This document shows, piece by piece, positions 32,546 to 43,088 of a stretch of DNA of 64,000 bases. The stretch's first letter is position 1. Each line of letters opens with the position of its first letter. A model generated the notes under the pieces. The model saw only the letters and a program-made list of their open reading frames with translations. It was not told the origin of the DNA and made no database searches. A program made the translations under genes and the position numbers. The DNA comes from Thecamonas trahens ATCC 50062 (Eukaryota > Protista > Apusomonadida), in the NCBI RefSeq assembly GCF_000142905.1, contig NW_013657641.1, forward strand, positions 192,907-256,906. Reading direction: 5' to 3'.

Positions 32546-33937
32546 ATGGAGGCGTGGGAGATGAGGCTGGACAGTCTATGCGACGCGCTGGGAGAGCCTG
32601 CGTCGCAGCTGGGTGCCCTGCTGGGTCTCATCGACGCGCTGGTGCTGAGCGGGCCGAGGGGGTTGGCGGTGCCGGGCCCGCTTGCAGCCAAGCTTGCGGG
32701 ACGAGTGCTGGGCCTTGTGCGGCCTGGCCCGCCCGAGCTACTGGGGCGGACGTACGCGGCGGTGATTGTGGCGCCTGCGTTGGTGCAGGGGCTGTACTCG
32801 CGCGGGCTGGTCGGCTATATCCACGACGAGCTGGCGGGGTGCGCAGGCGCACTGGCGGTCATCCTTGCCGACGCGGCGCTGTTTCGGGCGGTACCACTGA
32901 TGCAGCTCTTTGCGCTCGTCACTGCTGCCTCGCTCCGGTTTGAGCTGGGACGGTATGTGGAGCGCGCCGGGGTGCCGGATGCACTGCGCGCTGGCATGGC
33001 GGCAATGCACGCCGCCATCGTCTCGCCGGCGCTGGCGGCTCGGCTGGGAGCTGCGCCGCAGCTTGCCGCCGTCCGCAGCGAGTATCTGCGGCTCAGCCCG
33101 CTCGGCTCGCCGTTGGCGTGGACGCCGCTGCTCATCCGGCGCGTCCCGCACATCTGCGCCCTCATTGCTGGCATGATCCTTGCCTACTACCGCGGCAACG
33201 TCGAGTGGCTCCTGGTCTCGGCCCTTTGCGGCGCCTTTCTCGCCTCTTCGATCCGCTTTGAGCACGCCAAGTCGGTCCGCGGTCGCGCTCGCTTCCTCCA
33301 CCCGTCGATTTACTACTCGCCCGCTGTCGAGGCCGATCTCCGCGCTGTCCTGCATGCCGGCTCGGTGGCGGTAGGCGTCAGCGCAGGAGTTGCCAGCGTA
33401 GCAGGTAATGTGCCTGTGGAGACTGGTGCGGAGGCGACTGCGGCGTCGGTTACTGACGAGCTTGCCCAGTTGCGGCGCCGGCTTGGTAGTGAGCATGCGG
33501 TTCTTCTTGATGCGCTGGAAGCTGCGGTGGCATCGTCCGCACCTGCCGGTTCGGATGTCGCTCTTGATGCCGTTCCCGACGCCGCTCCTGATGTCATTCC
33601 TAACGCGGCCCCTAATGCTGCACCCGACGCCGCTCCTGACGCCACTCTTAGCGCGGCTCCTAACGCTGCACCCAACGCCGCTTCTAACGCTGCACCCGAC
33701 GCTTCTTCCGACGCTGCTGTCGACGATGATGGCTTTATCATGGTCAAGAGCAAGAAGGCGCGAAAGCGCAATGGCGCTAGGTTCGCACCCACCGGTGACG
33801 CGACTAGTCAGCCGTGCATAGATATGCCGATGGCGGTCATGAGGCAGGCGCCGGCAACGACGGTGGTAAACTTGAGGCCGACATTGGCCTTGGACGGATC
33901 AACCTCGACGAGCACAATCTCGACAAGGCCGACGTAG
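32546..33937 (+). CDS. Hypothetical membrane protein with P(D/N)AA repeats
   Basis: Long ORF, two hydrophobic helices, repetitive linker; 3' end overlaps the ZIP gene antisense. Confidence 0.55.
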   Translation: MEAWEMRLDSLCDALGEPASQLGALLGLIDALVLSGPRGLAVPGPLAAKLAGRVLGLVRPGPPELLGRTYAAVIVAPALVQGLYSRGLVGYIHDELAGCAGALAVILADAALFRAVPLMQLFALVTAASLRFELGRYVERAGVPDALRAGMAAMHAAIVSPALAARLGAAPQLAAVRSEYLRLSPLGSPLAWTPLLIRRVPHICALIAGMILAYYRGNVEWLLVSALCGAFLASSIRFEHAKSVRGRARFLHPSIYYSPAVEADLRAVLHAGSVAVGVSAGVASVAGNVPVETGAEATAASVTDELAQLRRRLGSEHAVLLDALEAAVASSAPAGSDVALDAVPDAAPDVIPNAAPNAAPDAAPDATLSAAPNAAPNAASNAAPDASSDAAVDDDGFIMVKSKKARKRNGARFAPTGDATSQPCIDMPMAVMRQAPATTVVNLRPTLALDGSTSTSTISTRPT

Positions 33938-34854
33938 ACAAAGGTGCCCGAGGCAAAGGCAAGGATGAGGTCGGCGAGCTCGGACTGCAGCGAGTCGGCG
34001 ACCGAGGCCGAAGCAAGGGCGCCGAGCAGGCCGCCGACCGGAGTCATGAGCGAGAAGAAGATCATGACTTGGAAGAAGCGCGGGAGCGGGACCGAGGCGC
34101 GGGTAAGCGCCACGCCGAGCGAGAACGCAGCCAGGCCCTTGTGGCAAAGCACAGCAAGAAGAATCATCGACGCCCGTGCCTCAGAGTTTTCCACGCCCAG
34201 CGCAATGCCTTCGATGAGCGAGTGGATGCCGAGCAGCAGCGCAATGAGATATGGCACGATGGCTGAGGTGACGGCGCCAACGGGCGACGTGCCAGGCGCG
34301 CCGGGCGCCCGTGCCTCGACCAGGCCGTGAGTGTGTCCGCCACCGCCGCCGTGGCTGTGGCCGTGGCCCTCGGCTCCGTGGCCGTGCGAGCCCGGGCTGG
34401 CCATGAGCACGTTCTCAACCCACAGCGGGAGCAGCATGCCGGCTAAACAGAGCGCAGGCGCAACAGGGAGGTCTGGAAAGGCGTCGTACAGTGCCGCAGT
34501 GGCCTCCGGGAGCATGTGGACCATGCCCGCAGCAAGGAAGATGCCTCCGGCCAGCGAGTTGCCCAGCTCCATCACCAGATCCTTGTGCTTGTACGCCTGC
34601 AGGCGGATGGCCATCAGCCCACCGGCCATGGCCACGCCGAACACCAGCATCAGCGCGTACAGCTTGCTCCACGAGAACGCCGCCCTCCTCACTTCTCCAC
34701 GCGTGGCCCCGCCCGACGCCTCGACGTGCCCAGCGCCTCCACCATGGCTGTGTCCGTGACTATGCCCATGTCCGACCACACTCTCGGCCGCCGCCACCAC
34801 CACCGCCACCACCACTATCCCAGCCGTCCGCCATGCTCTGCGCAAGCTCCACAT
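33808..34854 (-). CDS. ZIP (SLC39) zinc/iron transporter
   Basis: GGIFLAAGMVHMLPEA, His-rich loops, HSLIEGIALG, LCHKGLAAFSLG, ASGTFVYV. Confidence 0.93.
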   Translation of the reverse strand: MWSLRRAWRTAGIVVVAVVVAAAESVVGHGHSHGHSHGGGAGHVEASGGATRGEVRRAAFSWSKLYALMLVFGVAMAGGLMAIRLQAYKHKDLVMELGNSLAGGIFLAAGMVHMLPEATAALYDAFPDLPVAPALCLAGMLLPLWVENVLMASPGSHGHGAEGHGHSHGGGGGHTHGLVEARAPGAPGTSPVGAVTSAIVPYLIALLLGIHSLIEGIALGVENSEARASMILLAVLCHKGLAAFSLGVALTRASVPLPRFFQVMIFFSLMTPVGGLLGALASASVADSLQSELADLILAFASGTFVYVGLVEIVLVEVDPSKANVGLKFTTVVAGACLMTAIGISMHG

Positions 34855-35159
34855 CAGCCTCCGTCCTCACTCTCGCTACCAAAGCCCGAGAGAGGTGAGG
34901 GAAGAGTTCTGCCCAGACTATGACCCAGGCTGGGAACGAACGTCCTGTCCGTCTGGGCTCGCTTGAGTCTGCCACGGGCGAGTGCCACGTCGGGTTCTTC
35001 CAGTGGTTGGTTGCCCATCACCATCACCATCACCATCACCATTGCCGTTGCCATCGCCATCGCCATCGCCATTGCCATTGCCATCTCCATCACCATCTGC
35101 ATGGCTGGCATCGAAGAGATATGCATACATGCGTTTGTGTGTATGGATGTATGTATGTA

Positions 35160-35161
<2 letters not shown>

Positions 35162-35202
<41 letters not shown>
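35162..35202. repeat. (TG)n microsatellite
   Basis: About 20 TG units; similar tracts at about 11610, 13741, 28937. Confidence 0.9.
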
Positions 35203-35204
<2 letters not shown>

Positions 35205-35465
35205 ATCGAAGCCGTCGTCTTGTTCGCAAGGGAGGGGGGTCGAGTCGGACGGACAGCTTTCGACGACGACGACGACACCACCGACGAACAGAGGTCGACC
35301 CTCACCACCTCACCATCCCCCCCCCACCACAACCCCCCCCTTTCTCACCCCCCCCATCCCTGTATCCCTGCAAGCCGGCGAGCAGGAGCGAGTCGACGAG
35401 CGGCGGGAGAGCGACGTGAGCTGATTTACGTCTGTCCCACCTTCTCACAGTCCCCAGGCGGCACC

Positions 35466-35978
35466 ATGGCAGCGACAGAGGAAGCGACTGCGGCGCGGGT
35501 CGAGTCTGCGACGGCGGCGGGAGAGGCTGGCCCGGTCATGATCCTCAACGCAGAGATGGCCAAGCTGCTCATGGCCGACTTTACCGAGAACGATTGGAAG
35601 TCGCAGCAGGAGCGCAACAGCGCGGCAAACGTGCTGCGGTACGTGGTCCATGCCGAGCACGCACCGAGCAAGCCCGACGACCAGCTGACAGAGTTCCTTG
35701 CTGCCGCTAGCGAGCTCGGGCTCTCCCAGTTTGAGACTGTCCAGATCGCCAACCTTCGCCCGGACAACCTCGCGCTGCTGAGCAACATCCTCGGAGTCCA
35801 GATCGGCGCCGCCAATCCAAAGCATGACCTCGACGCAGTCTTGGCCATGATTGGCAAGTTCCTCCCCTTTGACGAGGACGACGACGAGTACGACGAGTAT
35901 GACGAGGACGGCGACGAGGATGGCGACGAGGACGGCGACGAGAATGGCGAGGATGGCGAGGACGACCAAGAAGAGTAG
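35466..35978 (+). CDS. RPB4/RPC9 (HRDC) family RNA polymerase subunit, probably Pol III RPC9/C17
   Basis: ILNAEMAKLL..VLRYV..EFLAAASELGLSQFETVQIANLRP..KFLP, acidic tail. Confidence 0.65.
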   Translation: MAATEEATAARVESATAAGEAGPVMILNAEMAKLLMADFTENDWKSQQERNSAANVLRYVVHAEHAPSKPDDQLTEFLAAASELGLSQFETVQIANLRPDNLALLSNILGVQIGAANPKHDLDAVLAMIGKFLPFDEDDDEYDEYDEDGDEDGDEDGDENGEDGEDDQEE

Positions 35979-36234
35979 CATATTGTTGGCGGTAAAATGA
36001 CTTATCCCCAGCCCCCTTCCCCTTCCCCTGATCCCTTGCCTACTGCCGTCCTGGTCACCACCGCCCGCCCGAGCATGCCGCATCTCTGACGCGCTCGTCG
36101 GCAACTCACATTGGCCAGTGGCCAGACCGCGTCATGGCATCCCGCCACCGCCACGCTCCGCATTCAGGCAGTGCACAACTTGACGCAGAGAGCGGAAGCG
36201 GTGCAGTCAGGCTCGACTACGGTTCGAAACGTAC

Positions 36235-37863
36235 ATGTTGGGCGCTTTGCGGCGGGTTGTGGGCGGACTGGGTGGGCTAGGCGGGCTCAGCGTCGTCCCG
36301 GCGCGATGGGCGAGCGGAGACCGGCGTGGGAGTGGGCGCGGGCGCGGGCGGGAGCGCGTCGGCGATGATGGTGGGGCCAAACGCGAGCGGACGGTGCTGT
36401 GGAAGGGAGCAGTGCCGGCGCGATCGCTGGAGGATGGAAGCGAAGGCTTCTGCGGTGGATGCGGAGTCAAGCTGCAGAGCCATGCACAGGCGCGCGCCGG
36501 CTATGTCCCGCCGCATGTACTCGATGAGTTTGGCCGCGGGCTGAACCGGGTCGAGATGGCGTGCTCGCGGTGTTGGGCGCTGGCAGCACATGGTTCGGAG
36601 GAGCGCGGTGGGCGGAGCAACGAGACTGATGCGGCGCGGGCGGCGCGGCTGAGCGCGGTGCTGGCGGAGAAGGGCATGCCTCGCGGCGGGCGGCGGCGGC
36701 GTGTGCTCGAGGCGCATCTGGCGGGGATGGAGGGCGGCGGCAGTGAGAGGAGTACGGCAGCCGAGCAGACGGGTGGAGAGAGCGACGATGCCGAGTGGTG
36801 GAAGGTGCCGAGCGTGGAGCAGGTCAAGGCGAACGCGGATCGGCAGATGCAGCGGATGCGCGACAAGGGCGCGCTGGTGGTTCTCGTCGTCGACATGCTC
36901 GACGTAGAGACGTCACTGCTGTCTGCGGCGCTACCGCGGCTTGTGGGAAGCGGGAACAAGGTGGTAATTGCAGCGACCAAGGCCGACGTCCTCCCGCACG
37001 GTGGCATCCAGTACCGCGAGCGGCTGGCCAAGTGGGTGCGACGGGTGGCCAAGTCGACGCTCCCGAGCGAGACGTACGAGCTGGTGGCTTCGGTCGTGCT
37101 GTGCTCGGGCAAGAACGCGGTTGGGCTTGCGCCGTTGGTGACCAAGCTCAACGCACTGCGCGGCGACAAGGACGTGTACGTTGTGGGCGCTGCCAATGCC
37201 GGCAAGTCGACGCTGATCAACACGCTCCGGGCACGGTTTACTGGGATGGAGCCGCTGCGGCGCAACGTGCTGACGGTAGCACCGCTTCCGGGCACGACGC
37301 TGCGATCTGTGCCTGTCCCGCTTGACGAGGGCTCGACACTGTACGACACACCGGGCGTGCTCAAAACGCCATCTGTTGCGGCGCTGGTCCAGGGCGCGCT
37401 GCCGTCGGCCGACGCGGCCGAGCTCTTCCGCGAGCTCGCGGTCCGCAAGCCGATCAAGCCTGTGGCGGCGCGGCTGGTGCCGGGCAAGCCACTTGTGCTT
37501 GGCGCAGGCGCGTGCGAGATTGTGTCGCACGGGCGGGCGCCGGTGCCTGTGGCGGTCTACGCCTCACCGGCGCTCCCGATGGCAACCGCCGGCGTCCACC
37601 AAGGCAGCGAGCGTGTGCGAAGCCTGTTCCGGGCAGCGCTGGCGGCGCTGCCGCACGGCAGCGAGCCGCAGCAGGTGGTCATCGGTGACGAGTACACCCG
37701 GCACGTGCGGCGATCGGTGCGGGTCGCCGCCGACGTCAGCCTGCCCGGGCTGGGGTGGCTGGCGGTCGGCGCCCGTGAGCCTGCAGCGCTGAGCATCCGG
37801 CTGCCGGGAGGAGTTGCCGCGCACCTCCGGCCTGCGATGTTTCCGTTTGATATGGCACGGTAA
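36235..37863 (+). CDS. NOA1: Mitochondrial circularly permuted GTPase NOA1/YqeH
   Basis: CGGCG..CSRC zinc site, TKAD, GAANAGKS, PGTT, DTPG in G4-G1-G2-G3 order; Arg-rich presequence. Confidence 0.88.
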   Translation: MLGALRRVVGGLGGLGGLSVVPARWASGDRRGSGRGRGRERVGDDGGAKRERTVLWKGAVPARSLEDGSEGFCGGCGVKLQSHAQARAGYVPPHVLDEFGRGLNRVEMACSRCWALAAHGSEERGGRSNETDAARAARLSAVLAEKGMPRGGRRRRVLEAHLAGMEGGGSERSTAAEQTGGESDDAEWWKVPSVEQVKANADRQMQRMRDKGALVVLVVDMLDVETSLLSAALPRLVGSGNKVVIAATKADVLPHGGIQYRERLAKWVRRVAKSTLPSETYELVASVVLCSGKNAVGLAPLVTKLNALRGDKDVYVVGAANAGKSTLINTLRARFTGMEPLRRNVLTVAPLPGTTLRSVPVPLDEGSTLYDTPGVLKTPSVAALVQGALPSADAAELFRELAVRKPIKPVAARLVPGKPLVLGAGACEIVSHGRAPVPVAVYASPALPMATAGVHQGSERVRSLFRAALAALPHGSEPQQVVIGDEYTRHVRRSVRVAADVSLPGLGWLAVGAREPAALSIRLPGGVAAHLRPAMFPFDMAR

Positions 37864-37906
37864 AAGAAGGGGATGAACAACGAGGTGAGCAGTGCTGTGT
37901 GTCTGT

Positions 37907-38918
37907 TTAGTTGACAAAGCCACGCGAGGCACGGCGGCCACGGGCCTTCTCGAACTTGCGGCCCTTGGAGCGGACGAACGGGCGGGTGGACGAGTTGGGG
38001 ACACCCGGGGCACGGCCGAAGTACTTGTTGGCCTTGCGGGCGGAGAGCTGGCCACGGAGGAGGATGCAGTTGGAGCCAGTCGGGCGGGCGATGGCGAGCT
38101 CGTCAAAGGTCATGCAGGTACCGCCGGCGGCGACGATGCGGGCACGGACCGACTCGGAGAAGTGCAGGGCGCAGATGGTGAGCTTGGGGACCTCCTCCAT
38201 GCGCTCGTCGTCGAGGATGGTGCCGACAAGGACGGCGATCTGGTCCTCCTTGCCCTTCATGTAGCGGGCGATGCGCGAGATGGAGACGGGCGGCATGTTC
38301 GACCGCGACTTAAAGAGACGCTTGAGCACGGTGGCGTTGAACTTGGAGCCAGTGCGGCGGGCGAGGTACCGGTACAGGTCGACCAGGAGGCCAAGGTACG
38401 GGTCGACCGACTTCGGCGCCGTCCGCTTCGTCTTCGTGTTACGCCCACCAGCCTTGAGATCAATACCCTGTAGCCATACCCCGCAGAGGTGAGTCGCACC
38501 CGGAATAAAACCGCGAATCATACAAATCACCGCACCCGCCCACCCGGCCCCACCGGGCCCCATCCTCAAGCCACGCGGCTGCACAGCTAGCAACCACAAG
38601 TCTGCCACAGCCAAAGCCAGAGAGCCTCCCTGACACAGTCCGGGGTGGCACTCTTCTACATACTACACGCCGTCCTGTTCCGCCTGAAGCCGACGGTTCA
38701 GACAAATTAATCGCACCGCCAACTCGCCGCCACCAGCCACAAGGCCACGGCCACAGCCACGTCGCGGCGGAGAGCATGGGCGGCAAGCCACGCATGCAAT
38801 GCCAAGCACACATACATGTAGTGCAGGCCAAGGCTGTGTAGGGGTGGATGGTGCTGCGCTATCTACACCGCAGCGCCGCCCGCAAGGGCCCAAGGCTTAT
38901 CGCCCGACTACGTACCAT
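37907..38918 (-). CDS. RPL18: 60S ribosomal protein eL18; first coding exon is the ATG alone
   Basis: [38 protein letters not shown]; ATG at 38918-38916 followed by intron GTACGT..CAG 38468-38915. Confidence 0.95.
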
Positions 38919-39238
38919 GTTGGATTCGGAGAGAGAGGATGGCGAGGTTGTCAGTCATTGGACCAACAATCGTCGCTCGGCTACTAGAGCCGCCACCAGC
39001 CGCCCACCGACCACCCTCAAAATCGGATCGGGATGGGCGCGAGCGGACCAGCGTTCATCTTTGTCCGCATCAGCACCTCGAGCGGCTTCTCGCTGCTTTG
39101 TGCAATGCTGAGGAAGGCTAGAGCTTGTTGTTGCGGGAGCTAGGATTGGCTACGACATGAGGATGGATGGCTTTGGCGGAGAGGTTCGACATGGGGTGGA
39201 TAATTGAAAAAGGGTGGAGTGACCGTTCCATATCAATT

Positions 39239-39311
39239 GGGGTCTTAGCTCAGTTGGTAGAGCGTGTGCTTAGCATGTACAAGGTCGCGTGTTCAATTCA
39301 TGCAGACTCCA
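39239..39311 (+). tRNA. tRNA-Ala(AGC) copy 1
   Basis: 73-nt cloverleaf GGGGTCT..AGACTCCA, G3:U70 pair, anticodon AGC, A/B boxes, T-run terminator. Confidence 0.97.
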
Positions 39312-39525
39312 TTTCTTTTTGCTCTCGCCAGCACCCTCCGCCGCATCTCCTCCCCCCTTTCCCTTTCCCCTTCCCGTCACTGAATACGACATACACGTTC
39401 CTATTGCCGTTCTCTTGCCCGCGTTCCGACGTGCACTCATGGGTGCCGGTAGCGAGCTCTTTTCTGAGATTGTGGCAAAGTAGTGGATGACATAAAGAGG
39501 CAAGATTTCCCATTCTCCATCAGTT

Positions 39526-39598
39526 GGGGTCTTAGCTCAGTTGGTAGAGCGTGTGCTTAGCATGTACAAGGTCGCGTGTTCAATTCATGCAGACTCCA
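39526..39598 (+). tRNA. tRNA-Ala(AGC) copy 2
   Basis: Identical to copy 1, followed by T-run. Confidence 0.97.
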
Positions 39599-39778
39599 TT
39601 TTTTTTGCCCTCGCCAGCACCCTCCCGCACCACTCACAGCATATCGTGCACTAGGTGTTGATAGAATCGTGGAACACAGAGGAAGCCGGTATTGTTGTTT
39701 GCAAGCAGTGATGGCTGCAGATGTGAGGCAATGCAGTGGACGAGTCGAAAGTGCGCGAATCGCTGTTTTGTGGCAGTT

Positions 39779-39851
39779 GGGGTCTTAGCTCAGTTGGTAG
39801 AGCGTGTGCTTAGCATGTACAAGGTCGCGTGTTCAATTCATGCAGACTCCA
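39779..39851 (+). tRNA. tRNA-Ala(AGC) copy 3
   Basis: Identical to copy 1, followed by T-run. Confidence 0.97.
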
Positions 39852-40044
39852 TTTATTTTTTGCCCTCGACGAGACCCTCCTCGCCTGCTACACCTGCCAT
39901 GTTGCCGCTTCGAATGACCTTTGCAGATGCCGCCACAAGTCAGTGGTGAGTCGGCGTTGGAGGTGGGTGGGTGAAGGCGGATGGGCGGCAGACACAATGC
40001 TGTAGACAAGTTAAAATGCCTGAGGCGGCCCTTTCTCGCCAATT

Positions 40045-40117
40045 GGGGTCTTAGCTCAGTTGGTAGAGCGTGTGCTTAGCATGTACAAGGTCGCGTGTTC
40101 AATTCATGCAGACTCCA
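40045..40117 (+). tRNA. tRNA-Ala(AGC) copy 4
   Basis: Identical to copy 1, followed by T-run. Confidence 0.97.
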
Positions 40118-40282
40118 CTTATTTTTTGCTCTCGCCAGCACCCTCCGCCGCGTCTTCTGCCCTTCTTCCCCTGTTTCTCTGACCCACGTTCCGACGCCCA
40201 CTCATGATGCCGGTAGCAAGCTGTGATTGTGACAAAGTAGTGAACAAGATAAAGGCGCAAGATTTCCAGTTTTCTATCAGTT

Positions 40283-40355
40283 GGGGTCTTAGCTCAGTTG
40301 GTAGAGCGTGTGCTTAGCATGTACAAGGTCGCGTGTTCAATTCATGCAGACTCCA
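40283..40355 (+). tRNA. tRNA-Ala(AGC) copy 5
   Basis: Identical to copy 1, followed by T-run. Confidence 0.97.
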
Positions 40356-40435
40356 TTTATTTTTTGCCCTCGCCAGCACCCTCCTCTTGTATTCTGGCTC
40401 ATCCAGCCACATCCCAAGCAATGTGGCCCTTTCGT

Positions 40436-42592
40436 TTACGCTACGAGCTCGGCAAGCATTGTCAACCAGTCGAGCATGGTCGGGCGCACGTCGGGTGTAG
40501 CAGCCCACGAGTCATCAAGTAGCTGGCGCAGGCGGGCGACGGCCGGAGCTGGCAGTGCTTGATCGAGCGCGTGCATGCCGCGGTCGAGAGCCGCGGTATC
40601 GAATGGCTTGCGATAGACGTTTCCCTGGCCCTGCTGGAGACGGCGGACGCCTTCATCGTTGTCGTCGCGGCGGGGGCCGAGCCAGGAAAAGCCGCGCTGG
40701 CGCAGCAGGAGCTCTGCAGCAACAACGGCAAATGCGTAGACGTCGATGCAGGTACCGGTCGAGACGTCTCCCATGAGCACTTCGGGCGCAGCGTAGCGCT
40801 CTGAAAAGCCGCGAACGCGGAGGTGCGGAGCCGAGGAAAGGCCAAAGTCGGCGAGCTTGGCATCGCCCTCTCGTGAGATGAGGATGTTGAGCGGCTTGAC
40901 GTCGCGGTGAACGAGCTCGCGGACCGAGTGCAGGTAGTGCAGCGCCTGGGCAACGTGGGTCAGAATACGGAGCGCCGGCAGGAGGTGATTGTCAAGCGAG
41001 ACTCCGGCCTGGCCGGCAGCCCACTTGGCGAGATTGCCACCGGCGACGTACTCGGTCATGATGCCGAGGCCCGAGTCCGAGACGACGATGCCCATCACAA
41101 GCAAGCATCGCGGGTGGCGAACGTCGCGGAGGACCGAGGCCTCGCGGATGAGCTCTTCGACGCCGCGAGCCGTGTTGGCGTTGCGGAACATCTTGACCGC
41201 CACGTCGAGGCCGTGGAACCGCATCCGCGACACGGCACCGAATCGGCCAGCCCCGAGCTTGCCGCTTGCCACCACCTCGAGGTCCGCAAGCTGGAACACG
41301 TCGAGTTCGCGCGAGTCGATGGTGAAGACAAAGGCGCCTGCATCCGCGTCCGCGAGGGCGCCGCCGGCAAGACTGCCGCCTGCACCTTGCATCCGGGAGA
41401 GCGTGCCAGCCAGGACCGGGCCGTCGTACGGCCGGCCGGCGTCGGTGGCGGTGGCGGTGTAGGTGGCATCAGAGTCCGGCGAGGCTGGGATCGGGACGTC
41501 GACGACCGAGACGTTGACTACCATGCCCTCACTGGAGGCCCGGACAGCGCTGCCCTGCCGCATCGGCGTTGTTAGATCCTCGGTTCCACCGGTCAGCTCG
41601 CTGGTCAGCTCGCCGGGCTCGGACTCAGCCTCGTGCTGCGGCTCGGACTCGGCGGCCGAAGAGGCGGCAGCGTGCGCGGGATACGACGGATTGGACGGGC
41701 CGGTCAAATGGGACGACGGCTCCCGGCTCACCGTCAGTCGGTACTGCCTGTGGGTCTTGGGCCGGATTTGGCCGGCAGCCATGTCGCGATGCGACGACGC
41801 GCGGGTGGCCACAACGTGCGCGTCCAAGATCGGGACAAGAACATCGCCGTCAATGTATGCCTTGCACACTGGACAAATCGCAAGCTCCGGCGACGAGCTG
41901 AGGACAGCCGGAAGCTCGGCCCAGCCAATGTCCGCGGTGCGACGGGCAAGGAACGATGAGATGCAGATGCGGCAGAACTTGTGCAGACAGCCCGGGAGCT
42001 CGAGCGCATCGTTCGCCATCTGGGAGCGGCAGAGCGGGCAAGTGTCAAAGTAGCAAAAGTTGGCCACATTGCCAAGCACGCCGCACAGGATGTTGGCCTG
42101 CGAGCTTTGCGAGACAGCCGTCCCAGCCAGCGAGCGCCGCGCCCGCTCGATCATGCGGGCCACCACTCGCGGCGGGCGATACGGAACCGACGAGATGCTG
42201 GCAAGCGCCGATTCCGCGACCGCCAGCCGTGTCCCCACATCGCCCAGCGACACGTCGGCTAGCGTAGCGTGGGCGGCGTCGACCACCTCCATCACGCCCT
42301 TCCATCGCAGAACATCGGCCAGCGCCTTGCCGAGCTTGCCGGCCCGCGACGTCGCGCTCGCCCCTGCGCACCGCATCGCCGCCTTACGCAGCGAGCGATA
42401 CACACAGTCCGACGGCGAGACGAGGCTCGATGCCAGCACGTCGGCCACCACATCGGCGTACAGCTGCGCCGCCTCGCCGTGCTCGCCCGCCTGTACCAGC
42501 TCAGACCCTGCCTCCAGCATCGGTCGTAACCGCATCTCGAGCGCCTCCCACCGCACACGCGGCGCCTTCTGACTCTCTGCCGCAGCAGCCAT
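40436..42592 (-). CDS. RING finger plus TKL-like protein kinase
   Basis: C3HC4 RING CPLC..CLHKFCRIC..CPVC; kinase GAGRFG, VAVK, HRDVKPLN, DFG, APE. Confidence 0.88.
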   Translation of the reverse strand: MAAAAESQKAPRVRWEALEMRLRPMLEAGSELVQAGEHGEAAQLYADVVADVLASSLVSPSDCVYRSLRKAAMRCAGASATSRAGKLGKALADVLRWKGVMEVVDAAHATLADVSLGDVGTRLAVAESALASISSVPYRPPRVVARMIERARRSLAGTAVSQSSQANILCGVLGNVANFCYFDTCPLCRSQMANDALELPGCLHKFCRICISSFLARRTADIGWAELPAVLSSSPELAICPVCKAYIDGDVLVPILDAHVVATRASSHRDMAAGQIRPKTHRQYRLTVSREPSSHLTGPSNPSYPAHAAASSAAESEPQHEAESEPGELTSELTGGTEDLTTPMRQGSAVRASSEGMVVNVSVVDVPIPASPDSDATYTATATDAGRPYDGPVLAGTLSRMQGAGGSLAGGALADADAGAFVFTIDSRELDVFQLADLEVVASGKLGAGRFGAVSRMRFHGLDVAVKMFRNANTARGVEELIREASVLRDVRHPRCLLVMGIVVSDSGLGIMTEYVAGGNLAKWAAGQAGVSLDNHLLPALRILTHVAQALHYLHSVRELVHRDVKPLNILISREGDAKLADFGLSSAPHLRVRGFSERYAAPEVLMGDVSTGTCIDVYAFAVVAAELLLRQRGFSWLGPRRDDNDEGVRRLQQGQGNVYRKPFDTAALDRGMHALDQALPAPAVARLRQLLDDSWAATPDVRPTMLDWLTMLAELVA

Positions 42593-43088
42593 AGTCTCTC
42601 ACACTCACTCTCTCCCCTGCGACAGCTGTTACACCCGCAGGCCGCCGGTCCTGGTCCTGGCCCACAACGTGAATGCGCCTGTGGCTGGCTGACATCGGGG
42701 CTCTCATTGCCCCGTCTGCGTCAACTCGCCGACCCCCTGTGCCTGCACACATCGCTGGCTCGTCGGCTGTGGCCGATCTCGCCCCTTGCCCATCTCCTCC
42801 TCCTGCACCACGCTTTGCCATCGTACGACCAAGCGGCCATGTTGTGGGTGGGTGGCGTGCATGCGATGGGACCGATGCGATGGCTCGGGCGACATCCTCC
42901 CCCGTACCAGTCCTGATGAAGGGGCTGGATGGTGGACCGGAGGTGGGTGGATGGACTGTGGCTGGGGCCAGCATCGGGACGGCTGGCTGGCCGCCTTTGG
43001 AACGGACATTCCGGCTGACTGCCTTTGGTACGGGCCACCCGGCTGGTTGCCCTATGACGGACCACCTGACTCTTGTCGACGGCAAAGG

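Noticed and set aside
38468-38915. Intronic snoRNA in RPL18
   Set aside because: A CTGA is present but I found no convincing box C or rRNA-complementary guide; an Infernal/Rfam scan would be needed.
39239-40355. Repeat-spacer pattern resembling a CRISPR array
   Set aside because: The repeats are 73-nt canonical tRNAs, spacers are 165-214 bp and partly homologous, there are no cas genes, and the context is eukaryotic.
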